Of a stretch of 64,000 bases of DNA, positions 20,326 through 29,607 are shown one piece after another. Each line of letters opens with the position of its first letter. The first letter of the stretch is position 1. The stretch covers positions 221-64,220 of the forward strand of contig WLMD01000001.1 in assembly GCA_009700405.1 (NCBI GenBank), in the 5' to 3' direction. The position numbers were made by a program, and so were the translations under genes. The stretch is from Actinomycetota bacterium (GTDB lineage: Bacteria; Actinomycetota; Actinomycetes; Nanopelagicales; Nanopelagicaceae). The notes under the pieces were generated by a model. The model did not search any database. It was given only the letters and a program-made list of their open reading frames with translations, and had not been told where the DNA came from.

Positions 20326-21038
20326 TGTCCGCACTCTTAGAAGTTAGGAATCTTAAAGTAGGTTACGGAAAGATCATTGCCGTGAAAGATGTTTCAATTA
20401 CGGTCAATCAGGGTGAGATTGTCACCTTGATTGGATCTAACGGCGCTGGTAAGTCGACAACTCTTCGAACCATTTCAGGACTCTTGAAACCGAAGTCTGG
20501 TGAGATCTTTTTTGAAGGAAACCGAATTGATGGCAAAGAAGGTCATGACGTCGTCAAGCTTGGAATTTGTCAGTCACCTGAAGGTCGTCGCATTTTCCCT
20601 CGCATGACTGTGAGCGAGAATCTCGACTTAGGCGCTTTTCTTCGTAATGATAAAGACGGAGTTGAAGCAGACCGCGAGCGAGTACTGGAACTTTTCCCAA
20701 GACTTCGTGAGCGCATTAATCAACGTGCTGGCACGATGTCAGGTGGCGAGCAGCAGATGTTGGCAGTGAGCCGCGCACTCATGGGCGCACCTAAGCTCCT
20801 AATGCTTGATGAGCCTTCAATGGGTCTTGCTCCAGTACTTGTGGACATGATCTTCGAAACCATAACCAAGATTCGCGACCAAGGCATCACGATTCTTCTC
20901 ATTGAACAAAATGCTGCAGCGGCGCTCGATGTTGCCGATCGTGCCTATGTTCTCGAATCAGGAACTGTAAAGATCAGTGGTAAAGCTTCAGATCTTGCTA
21001 AGGACGATGCAGTGACTAAGGCTTACTTAGGCGGTTAA
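20325..21038 (+). CDS. livF: ABC transporter ATP-binding protein (LivF type)
   Basis: GSNGAGKST, MSGGEQQML and LMLDEPSMGLAP. TAATG overlap with livG. Confidence 0.9.
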   Translation: MSALLEVRNLKVGYGKIIAVKDVSITVNQGEIVTLIGSNGAGKSTTLRTISGLLKPKSGEIFFEGNRIDGKEGHDVVKLGICQSPEGRRIFPRMTVSENLDLGAFLRNDKDGVEADRERVLELFPRLRERINQRAGTMSGGEQQMLAVSRALMGAPKLLMLDEPSMGLAPVLVDMIFETITKIRDQGITILLIEQNAAAALDVADRAYVLESGTVKISGKASDLAKDDAVTKAYLGG

Positions 21039-21053
21039 TAAATAAGAGTTGAA

Positions 21054-21473
21054 CTAGCGCTGCGCGAGGATTAAGCAAGTGATTCGCGCAGTGCAGGTTC
21101 GTTCTCCAGCTTCATTTGTAATGATTACCTCATAGCAACAGAGAGTTTTGCCTAAGCTGATAGGCGTAGCAACTGCCGTAACAATTCCTTGAGTTGCTGA
21201 TTTATGGTGGGTCGCGTTGATATCCACGCCAACTATTTTGCGATCTGGACCTGCATGAAGTTGCGTGCCGATAGAGCCAAGACTCTCTGCCAGGACAACG
21301 CTTGCTCCTCCGTGAAGTAATCCCAAAGGTTGCGTATTGCCTTCAACCGGCATTGTTGCAACAAGCCTTGTAGGGGAAGCTTCGGTTATTACGATTCCCA
21401 TTTTCTTATCGAGTGCGCCGCTTCCGCGTTCTCTAAGAATCTCCATGAAATCAGTCATCGCTTGATCGCTCAT
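21054..21473 (-). CDS. PaaI/hotdog-fold acyl-CoA thioesterase
   Basis: 139 aa with LHGGASVVLAESLGS, typical of the PaaI/YbdB/DHNA-CoA hydrolase family. Confidence 0.75.
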   Translation of the reverse strand: MSDQAMTDFMEILRERGSGALDKKMGIVITEASPTRLVATMPVEGNTQPLGLLHGGASVVLAESLGSIGTQLHAGPDRKIVGVDINATHHKSATQGIVTAVATPISLGKTLCCYEVIITNEAGERTCTARITCLILAQR

Positions 21474-21503
21474 AATCGTTAAGTCTATCCTGCGCCTATT
21501 AGA

Positions 21504-24104
21504 ATGACCCGCATGAGCGCCCGATTACTTTTGATTGATGGACACTCGATGGCTTATCGGGCTTTTTACGCCCTACCGGCTGAGAATTTCACCACGGCCA
21601 CCGGCCAGCACACCAATGCCGTCTATGGGTTTGCAACAATGTTGATTTCCTTAATTAAAGAAGAGAAACCAACCCACATTGCAGTTGCTTTCGACGTATC
21701 TCGAAAGACATTTCGCACGGAAATATTTCCAGAGTACAAGGCGAATCGTTCGGCAACCCCTGATGAGTTCAGATCACAGATGTCCTTCTTGCATGAGCTC
21801 GTTACCGCCTTCAAGATTTCTCAGTTCGAACGAGAAGGTTTTGAAGCAGATGACATCTTGGCAACCTTGTCGACCCAGGCCCAGAAGGAGGGAATGGATG
21901 TTCTTATCTGCTCTGGTGATAGAGATAGTTTTCAATTAGTTACTGAAAAAATCACGGTTCTCTATCCAAAGCGAGGAGTCAGCGATTTGGCGCGCATGAC
22001 TCCGGAAACGGTTTTTGAAAAATATGGAATGTCTCCATCCAACTACCCGGACTTTGCGGCCTTGCGTGGGGATCCCAGTGACAATCTGCCTTCGATTCCC
22101 GGCGTGGGCGAGAAGACCGCCGCCAAATGGGTGGTGGAGTATGGCTCGATCTCACACTTAATCTCACAGATCGATCAAGTCCCTGGAAAAGTTGGCCAGG
22201 CTCTACGTGAAAATATTGACAGTGTTTTGCGAAATCGCGAACTGACTCAACTCTTACATGATGTCCCTCTTAATGCTTCGATGTCGGATTTAGCCTGGGA
22301 TGGCATTGATGAAGCCGCTATGTATGCACTATTTGACCAACTTGAATTTCGCACTTTGAAAGATCGCATCAAACCTCTCGTGCGCGAGTCAGCCTCTTTG
22401 TCTAGTACAGAGACAGAACCGCTCATGATGCTTGGGTTTGGCGTCGAAGAGAATGTGTTAACTCCAGTTGAGATCTCCAAGAAGATTGAGAAACATTCAG
22501 GCCCTATCGCCATTTCTTATGAGGTGGCTGATGAGAAGTTGCATAGATATGCCGTCGCCTTATCTGCTTCGGAGGCTTACCTAGTTCACTCCTCGCAAAT
22601 GGGGGAGTGGGCGCAAGATAAATCTATTTTGAAAATATTGCACGATGCGAAGACTTTAGATAGGACGTACCCACTCGCTGGGATTATTTTCGACACTGCA
22701 CTAGCGGCCTATGTGGTCAATCCAGGGGTAAGGGCGCAGGAGCTCAATGATTTGCTGGAGCGCTGGGGCGATGGCGCACAGATATCTGCAACTGATCCTG
22801 GACAGATCTTGCTCCAGAGCGCTTCCTCATTGTTTTCGTTGCACGCCTCACTTCTTAGGGAGATGAAAGACCGCCAAGTCTTGGATCTTTACGAAAAGCT
22901 TGAGCTACCAATCGCACAACTTCTGGCCGTCATTGAGCGTCGAGGCGTTTGCGTAGATAGTGAAAAACTCTTATCACTCCAGAAATTCTTCGTTGCCGAG
23001 GTTGAGCGAGAGACTCTTGCTGCATATGCAGCCGTGGGCCACGAATTCAATGTCGCATCTCCCAAGCAGTTACAAGTAGTTCTTTTCGATGAGCTTAAAC
23101 TACCTAAGACCAAAAAGATTAAGACGGGTTTTACTACCGATGCTGAATCCCTTGAATGGTTATTCGAGAAAACCCAACACCCAGTTCTCAACCAGCTCCT
23201 TCGAATTCGAGAAACGAATAAGTTACGCACCACTATCGAAGGATTACTTGGGGAGATCGCTCCTGATGGGCGCATCCACACGCATTTCCAACAGACTGTT
23301 GCTGCAACGGGACGGCTTTCTTCCACTGGTCCAAATCTTCAAAACATTCCAGTTCGCACAGAGGAAGGTCGCAAGATACGAGATTGTTTCGTTGCAGGCA
23401 AAGACTATGTTTCGTTACTTACCGCCGATTACAGCCAAATTGAAATGCGAATCATGGCCCACCTCTCGCATGATGAGAATCTGTTAGCGGCTTTTGCCTC
23501 TGGAGAAGACTTGCATTCAACTATTGCATCTGAGGTTTTCGGAGTAGAGCCAAAGGATGTAGACCCAGAGATGCGACGTCAGATTAAAGCTATGTCTTAT
23601 GGTCTTGCCTACGGTCTTTCGTCATATGGACTATCTGCGCAACTGGCTATAAGTCCACCACAAGCACAGGATTTGATGGATAAGTACTTCGAGCGATTTG
23701 GTGGGATTCGCGACTACTTGAAGACCGTTGTTGAAGAAGCACGAAAAGTTGGATACACCGAAACAATTCTTGGCAGACGTCGTTATCTGCCAGATCTCAC
23801 TCACGATAATCGCCAACGCCGAGAAGTTGCCGAGCGCATGGCGTTAAATGCTCCCATTCAAGGTTCGGCTGCTGACATTATTAAGCAAGCGATGCTCAAT
23901 GTAGATCAAGCGATGATTGCTCAGGGCTTGCAATCTCGTTTATTGTTGCAAGTTCATGATGAGTTGATTTTTGAAGTTGCCGCTGATGAAGAAAAGGTTC
24001 TCACTGACTTAGTTCGCGAGCAGATGGGTGCGGCTTACCCTCTCAAGGCTCCGCTAGCGGTGAGTGTAGGAATCGGGAAAAGCTGGAACGAAGCTGCTCA
24101 TTAA
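21504..24104 (+). CDS. polA: DNA polymerase I
   Basis: 5'-nuclease domain (LLLIDGHSMAYRAFYA, GDRDSFQL), polymerase motifs A (DYSQIEMRI), B (RRQIKAMSYGLAYG) and C (QVHDEL). Start is ATG at 21504 or 21513. Confidence 0.93.
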   Translation: MTRMSARLLLIDGHSMAYRAFYALPAENFTTATGQHTNAVYGFATMLISLIKEEKPTHIAVAFDVSRKTFRTEIFPEYKANRSATPDEFRSQMSFLHELVTAFKISQFEREGFEADDILATLSTQAQKEGMDVLICSGDRDSFQLVTEKITVLYPKRGVSDLARMTPETVFEKYGMSPSNYPDFAALRGDPSDNLPSIPGVGEKTAAKWVVEYGSISHLISQIDQVPGKVGQALRENIDSVLRNRELTQLLHDVPLNASMSDLAWDGIDEAAMYALFDQLEFRTLKDRIKPLVRESASLSSTETEPLMMLGFGVEENVLTPVEISKKIEKHSGPIAISYEVADEKLHRYAVALSASEAYLVHSSQMGEWAQDKSILKILHDAKTLDRTYPLAGIIFDTALAAYVVNPGVRAQELNDLLERWGDGAQISATDPGQILLQSASSLFSLHASLLREMKDRQVLDLYEKLELPIAQLLAVIERRGVCVDSEKLLSLQKFFVAEVERETLAAYAAVGHEFNVASPKQLQVVLFDELKLPKTKKIKTGFTTDAESLEWLFEKTQHPVLNQLLRIRETNKLRTTIEGLLGEIAPDGRIHTHFQQTVAATGRLSSTGPNLQNIPVRTEEGRKIRDCFVAGKDYVSLLTADYSQIEMRIMAHLSHDENLLAAFASGEDLHSTIASEVFGVEPKDVDPEMRRQIKAMSYGLAYGLSSYGLSAQLAISPPQAQDLMDKYFERFGGIRDYLKTVVEEARKVGYTETILGRRRYLPDLTHDNRQRREVAERMALNAPIQGSAADIIKQAMLNVDQAMIAQGLQSRLLLQVHDELIFEVAADEEKVLTDLVREQMGAAYPLKAPLAVSVGIGKSWNEAAH

Positions 24105-25333
24105 TTCCTATTGTTCAGGTCTGTATTCTCCATCATTGCGTTGAGGTCTTCTTCCTCTGTTGGAATGGAATTTCCTGCAGATAATCTTTTACGTCCAATT
24201 GTTAAGGTGACAAGTCCACAGCCAACGCATGCAGTGCACAGGGCTAGGCAAATACGCGGTGAATATGCGTTACTGATCCATCCTCCTGCCGCTGCACCTA
24301 ATGACATGAAGGAGCCTTCTACAGTCCAGAGCCAACCCAGCGATGCGATGGCGCTTCCCTTAGATCTCACCGCCTCCATAATTTCAAGATAGAAAACAGT
24401 GACCGCGCCAGTGCACAGTCCAATGAATGCGCCAACTATGGCCATGCTCCAACCAGGGTAGGTGAAGGCGAGGGGGAGAGAGAGTAGAAACCAGGTGAGG
24501 TAAGTTCGCTGGAAGGCAACAAGCGGAGATGATTTTTTGGAAACCATTCCGCCAAGCAACCCTCCGACGATATTTGCTACGCCCATAGTGGCCAAGATCC
24601 ATGCGGTCCGTTGTGGCACATGTTCAAGAGTGGCAAATGCAGGCACTCCAATATTAAAAGCACCCATTCCAAAACCAATGAAGGCACCTTCTAACATCAA
24701 AAGTAGCATCGCGGGATTCTTGAAAGTTGATTGCCCGCCGCGTACTTTCGCTTCAGGTTGCCAGGTACTAGAAGCCTTAGTGAGTGAAAGCGCTACTCCA
24801 CCAATAAATATCAATGCAGAGCAAGTCCCAAGTGCGCTGCCGGGATGTTTGCTCAACGCCAATATTGTTGCAATCACTGGTCCAAAAACGGTTGCTGCAC
24901 TAATAACTGCCGTATCAATGGCATAAGCGGTTCGAAGAAAATCATGAGGGACGACAAATTTCCAGAGCGGGCGAATTGAAAGGTTAATTGGCGGCGCAGC
25001 AAGGCCCAAAAGAAAAGAGATGAGCAGAATCGATGTGCGAGTATGTGAGCAATTGAGTGCGAGAATCATTCCGGCATACGATGGGACAAAGATTCGCAGC
25101 GGCCATTTCTGTCCCCATCTGTCCATGAGGGAACCTCGAATGCCGGCGGTGACTGACGAGGAAAGACTTTCCAATCCGATGGCCAACCCTGCGATAGCGA
25201 TTGAACCGGTTGCTTGTTCTGCCTTAAAGAAGGTGGCCAAAGCAATCATCCCGTAGGCCACTCGGGCCGGGAATGAGCTGATGAGGAGCACCTTCACGTT
25301 AGGAAGGGCTAATAACTGGCTGTAACGCTTCAT
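24101..25333 (-). CDS. MFS transporter
   Basis: 410 aa with about 12 predicted hydrophobic helices and an MFS-like loop (GSLMDRWGQKWPLR). Substrate unknown. Confidence 0.7.
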   Translation of the reverse strand: MKRYSQLLALPNVKVLLISSFPARVAYGMIALATFFKAEQATGSIAIAGLAIGLESLSSSVTAGIRGSLMDRWGQKWPLRIFVPSYAGMILALNCSHTRTSILLISFLLGLAAPPINLSIRPLWKFVVPHDFLRTAYAIDTAVISAATVFGPVIATILALSKHPGSALGTCSALIFIGGVALSLTKASSTWQPEAKVRGGQSTFKNPAMLLLMLEGAFIGFGMGAFNIGVPAFATLEHVPQRTAWILATMGVANIVGGLLGGMVSKKSSPLVAFQRTYLTWFLLSLPLAFTYPGWSMAIVGAFIGLCTGAVTVFYLEIMEAVRSKGSAIASLGWLWTVEGSFMSLGAAAGGWISNAYSPRICLALCTACVGCGLVTLTIGRKRLSAGNSIPTEEEDLNAMMENTDLNNRN

Positions 25334-25397
25334 AGTGGGTTCATTCTACGTCGGCGAATTGACCCATGGAGAGCTAAAACCGTACCCTTAGCCCGCC

Positions 25398-25423
25398 CTA
25401 TCCCTACTACTTTCTATCCCTAC
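25398..25423 (+). repeat. Exact 10-nt direct repeat CTATCCCTAC x2 (6-nt spacer) in the rpsA 5' leader
   Basis: Copies at 25398-25407 and 25414-25423 are identical. The second ends directly at the GGAG Shine-Dalgarno (25424-25427) of the TTG start at 25432. Confidence 0.6.
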
Positions 25424-25431
25424 GGAGCAAC

Positions 25432-26817
25432 TTGAGCATCTCACCAGTAATCGCAATCAATGACGTCGGAACAGCAGAAGATTTCTTAGCCGCAATTGAA
25501 GGAACCATCAGAAACTTTAATGATGGAGACCTTGTTGAAGGCATAGTCGTACAAGTAGATCGTGACGAAGTACTTCTTGATATCGGATATAAAACTGAAG
25601 GAGTTATTCCTTCTCGTGAACTATCTATCCGCCACGATGTAGACCCTAATGAAATCGTCAAGGTTGGCGAAAAAATTGAGGCACTCGTTCTTCAGAAGGA
25701 AGATAAAGAAGGTCGTTTGATTTTGTCCAAGAAGCGCGCTCAATACGAGCGTGCATGGGGCGACATTGAAGGCAAGAAAGAGCGCGATGAAGTTGTCGTC
25801 GGTACAGTCATCGAAGTTGTTAAGGGTGGCTTAATCGTTGATATTGGACTTCGCGGATTTTTGCCAGCCTCATTGGTGGAAATGCGTCGCGTACGCGATT
25901 TAACTCCGTACATTGGCAAGCAGGTTGAAGCTCGAATTATCGAACTTGATAAGAACCGTAACAACGTAGTTCTGTCTCGTCGTGCATACCTTGAGCAGAC
26001 ACAGTCTGAATCACGCACAACATTCCTTAACCAACTTCAAAAGGGTCAAGTACGAAGCGGTGTTGTTTCATCGATCGTTAACTTCGGTGCTTTCGTAGAC
26101 CTTGGCGGAGTAGATGGTTTGGTTCACGTTTCAGAGCTTTCATGGAAGCACATTGATCATCCAGGTGAAGTTGTCGAAGTTGGCGATGAAGTAACTGTTG
26201 AAGTTCTTGAAGTTGATTTCGAGCGCGAGCGTGTTTCACTCTCACTCAAGGCGACACAAGAAGATCCATGGCAAGCATTTGCACGCACACACACCATTAA
26301 TCAAGTTGTTCCCGGTCAAGTTACCAAGTTGGTTCCATTTGGCGCATTTATCCGCGTTCATGAAGGAATCGAAGGACTTGTTCATATCTCAGAGTTGGCA
26401 GAACGCCATGTTGAGATCCCAGAGCAGGTTGTTCAGGTTGACGACGAACTCTTCGTGAAGATTATTGATATCGATCTTGAGCGTCGCCGTATTTCACTAT
26501 CACTCAAGCAAGCCAATGAAGGACATGAAGTTGAAATCGAAGCATTCGATCCAACTCAATACGGAATGGCTGCTCGTTATGACGCTGAAGGTAACTTTAT
26601 CTACCCAGAAGGTTTCGATGCTGAATCCCAGGAATGGAAGCCAGGCTTTGAAACACAGCGCGAAGAGTGGGAGCGTCAATACGCTGAAGCCCAAACTCGC
26701 TTTGTTGCTCACAAGAAGCAGAAGGAAGAAGCTCGTGCCGCAGATGCAGCAGCAGCGACAGACCCTGAAGCCGTTGTTGAACCAGCAGCAGAAGCACCAA
26801 CTGAGAGCGCTGAATAA
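25432..26817 (+). CDS. rpsA: 30S ribosomal protein S1
   Basis: Four S1/OB repeats (GxVxxV..FGAFVDLGG.DGLVHVSE pattern) and an acidic C-terminal tail. TTG start with an ACGGAG Shine-Dalgarno. Confidence 0.93.
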   Translation: MSISPVIAINDVGTAEDFLAAIEGTIRNFNDGDLVEGIVVQVDRDEVLLDIGYKTEGVIPSRELSIRHDVDPNEIVKVGEKIEALVLQKEDKEGRLILSKKRAQYERAWGDIEGKKERDEVVVGTVIEVVKGGLIVDIGLRGFLPASLVEMRRVRDLTPYIGKQVEARIIELDKNRNNVVLSRRAYLEQTQSESRTTFLNQLQKGQVRSGVVSSIVNFGAFVDLGGVDGLVHVSELSWKHIDHPGEVVEVGDEVTVEVLEVDFERERVSLSLKATQEDPWQAFARTHTINQVVPGQVTKLVPFGAFIRVHEGIEGLVHISELAERHVEIPEQVVQVDDELFVKIIDIDLERRRISLSLKQANEGHEVEIEAFDPTQYGMAARYDAEGNFIYPEGFDAESQEWKPGFETQREEWERQYAEAQTRFVAHKKQKEEARAADAAAATDPEAVVEPAAEAPTESAE

Positions 26818-26842
26818 TTTAGCGCTTACCTAGAAATATTGA

Positions 26843-26880
26843 CTGGCCTCGAGAGAAATCTCGGGGCCAGTTTCTTTTCT
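26843..26880 (+). terminator. Rho-independent terminator after rpsA
   Basis: 11-bp stem CTGGCCTCGAG / CTCGGGGCCAG (26843-26853 and 26860-26870, one G-U pair), 6-nt loop, then TTTCTTTTCT. Confidence 0.8.
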
Positions 26881-26896
26881 GCAGTAAAGTCCTCAT

Positions 26897-27499
26897 ATGT
26901 TGGTTGTGGCGCTTACTGGTGGAATCGGATCGGGCAAGTCATTAGCTGCCCAATTCTTCTCGGATCTCGGGGCCAATGTTATTGATGCAGATCAGTTGGC
27001 GCGTGCAGCAATAGAACGTGGGACGCCAGGGTTTGACGAAGTTGTTGCTACTTTCGGAGATTCGATTCTCACGGATGGCCAGATTAATCGTCGAGCATTG
27101 GGTGAAATCATCTTTGCCGATTCTGGTTTGCGTTCACAGTTGGAATTGATAATTCACCCTCGTGTTCGCGATCAGTTTCACGCTGCCGTTGCCGCACTCA
27201 GAGGCGATGATGTTCTTATCTATGAAATCCCACTTCTGTTCGAGACGGGTGTCGCTTCATCTTTCGATTATGTAATAACTGTCGAATCTGAGCGTTCTCG
27301 CAGAGTGGAACGACTGCGCGCCAAGGGATTGCGAGAAAGTGAGATTCTTGCGCGCATAGCATCACAGGCAAGCGAGGAGGAGAGAGCGAGCATTGCCGAT
27401 TACGTCCTTGAAAATAATGGGACTCGCGATGAACTCTTGCGACAGGTAGAACATATTTGGGAAGGGGTTCTCCCTCCGCTGCAGCGCCAAGGTAGCTAA
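26897..27499 (+). CDS. coaE: Dephospho-CoA kinase (short, single-domain form)
   Basis: P-loop GGIGSGKS at the N-terminus. Only 200 aa. Confidence 0.88.
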   Translation: MLVVALTGGIGSGKSLAAQFFSDLGANVIDADQLARAAIERGTPGFDEVVATFGDSILTDGQINRRALGEIIFADSGLRSQLELIIHPRVRDQFHAAVAALRGDDVLIYEIPLLFETGVASSFDYVITVESERSRRVERLRAKGLRESEILARIASQASEEERASIADYVLENNGTRDELLRQVEHIWEGVLPPLQRQGS

Positions 27500-27518
27500 C
27501 CCACAGTAGAGTTGCACT

Positions 27519-29603
27519 GTGCGCCCGATATCCGACCTTCAAAGGCGCGTTGAGCCTTTTCAAGTAATCAGTGACTATGTTCCTGCTGGAGATCAACCCG
27601 AAGCAATCGAAGAAATTGTCCGGCGCATTGAAAAAGGCGAGCAAGATATTGTTTTATTAGGAGCCACAGGTACGGGTAAGTCAGCAACTACTGCTTGGCT
27701 GATTGAACGTTTACAACGTCCGACCTTAGTTATCGCTCCAAATAAAACTTTGGCCGCTCAACTGGTTAATGAATTTCGTGAATTAATGCCAAATAATGCC
27801 GTTGAGTATTTTGTCTCTTATTACGATTACTACCAACCCGAGGCTTATGTTCCACAGACTGATACATTCATCGAGAAAGATTCCAGTGTTAACGATGAGG
27901 TTGAAAGGTTGCGCCACTCCGCCACGAATTCCCTGTTAACCAGACGCGATGTAATTGTTGTAGCTACCGTCTCATGTATATATGGATTAGGCACCCCTCA
28001 GGAATACGTAGACCGTATGGTCCGTCTCAAGGTGGGTGATGAAATTGATCGCAATCAGTTACTACGTAAATTCGTAGATATTCAGTACAAGCGCAATGAC
28101 ATGGCCTTTGAGCGGGGGACTTTCAGAGTGCGCGGTGACACCGTCGAGATTATTCCCATGTATGAAGAGTTGGCCCTTCGCATTGAAATGTTTGGCGATG
28201 AAATCGAAAGAATTACCACATTACATCCGCTAACTGGCGAAATTATTCGCGATGAAACAGAGATGTATGTTTTTCCGGCCACCCACTATGCCGCTGGCCC
28301 CGAAACCATGAAGCGAGCTATTGGGGAAATCGAAACTGAACTTGCTGCCCAATTGGAGCTTTTCGAAAGACAGGGAAAATTGCTTGAAGCTCAACGGTTG
28401 GGCATGAGAACCACCTTTGACATCGAGATGATGCAGCAGCTCGGTTTTTGTTCCGGGATTGAAAATTACTCTCGCCATATTGATGGGCGCGAAGCGGGTT
28501 CCGGCCCAAACTGCCTCTTAGATTATTTCCCTGAAGATTTTCTCTTGGTTATTGATGAATCTCACGTAACAGTTCCTCAGATTGGTGCCATGTTTGAAGG
28601 CGACGCATCACGCAAACGCACTTTGGTCGAGCATGGCTTTCGGCTACCAAGCGCCATGGATAACCGACCATTGAGGTGGGATGAATTCCTTCTTCGAGTC
28701 GGACAGAAAGTATTCCTATCTGCTACTCCCGGCAAGTACGAGATGGAGAAAGTTGCCGGCGATGTTGTCGAACAGGTAATTCGACCTACAGGTTTAGTAG
28801 ATCCAAAAATCGTCATCAAACCAATTAAAGGGCAGATTGACGATTTACTCCACGAAATCAATCTGAGAGCCGAACGCAATGAGAGAGTACTCGTAACGAC
28901 ATTAACGAAGAAAATGTCAGAAGATCTTACGGATTATCTGCAAGAGCGGGGCGTACGAGTTCGTTATCTTCATTCAGAGGTAGACACATTGCGCCGAGTG
29001 GAGCTTTTGCGCGAATTGAGATCAGGGGAGTACGACGTCCTTATTGGAATCAACCTTTTGCGAGAAGGACTGGATTTACCTGAGGTTTCACTTGTCGCAA
29101 TTTTAGATGCGGATAAAGAAGGATTTCTTCGTTCAAGTACTGCTCTGATTCAAACAATCGGGCGTGCTGCACGAAACGTTTCCGGCGAAGTACATATGTA
29201 CGCCGATAACATCACAAAGTCCATGGAGAAAGCCATTGATGAAACCAATCGGCGCCGAGCAAAGCAAGTTGCTTACAACCTGGAGCGCGGCGTTGACCCA
29301 CAGCCTTTGCGTAAGAAGATCGCGGACATTACCGATCTCATCAACCGTGAAAGCGAAGACACTGAGGAACTCCTGGCCACCTCTGGTCGAAAGGGGCAAA
29401 GGAGTAAGACGCCGGCCATTGGATTGCATACGAAAGCGCTCGGTTCTTTGCCAAGACAAGAACTTCTAGCATTGATAGAGTCGCTCACTGATCAGATGCG
29501 TAGCGCTGCTGGCGACCTACAATTTGAATTGGCGGCACGTTTACGCGATGAGATTAAAGATTTGAAACGAGAACTTCGAGGCATGGAAACGGCGGGGGTT
29601 TAA
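27519..29603 (+). CDS. uvrB: Excinuclease ABC subunit B
   Basis: [23 protein letters not shown] and a C-terminal UVR motif ([14 protein letters not shown]). GTG start. Confidence 0.95.
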   Translation: MRPISDLQRRVEPFQVISDYVPAGDQPEAIEEIVRRIEKGEQDIVLLGATGTGKSATTAWLIERLQRPTLVIAPNKTLAAQLVNEFRELMPNNAVEYFVSYYDYYQPEAYVPQTDTFIEKDSSVNDEVERLRHSATNSLLTRRDVIVVATVSCIYGLGTPQEYVDRMVRLKVGDEIDRNQLLRKFVDIQYKRNDMAFERGTFRVRGDTVEIIPMYEELALRIEMFGDEIERITTLHPLTGEIIRDETEMYVFPATHYAAGPETMKRAIGEIETELAAQLELFERQGKLLEAQRLGMRTTFDIEMMQQLGFCSGIENYSRHIDGREAGSGPNCLLDYFPEDFLLVIDESHVTVPQIGAMFEGDASRKRTLVEHGFRLPSAMDNRPLRWDEFLLRVGQKVFLSATPGKYEMEKVAGDVVEQVIRPTGLVDPKIVIKPIKGQIDDLLHEINLRAERNERVLVTTLTKKMSEDLTDYLQERGVRVRYLHSEVDTLRRVELLRELRSGEYDVLIGINLLREGLDLPEVSLVAILDADKEGFLRSSTALIQTIGRAARNVSGEVHMYADNITKSMEKAIDETNRRRAKQVAYNLERGVDPQPLRKKIADITDLINRESEDTEELLATSGRKGQRSKTPAIGLHTKALGSLPRQELLALIESLTDQMRSAAGDLQFELAARLRDEIKDLKRELRGMETAGV

Positions 29604-29607
29604 AGAG

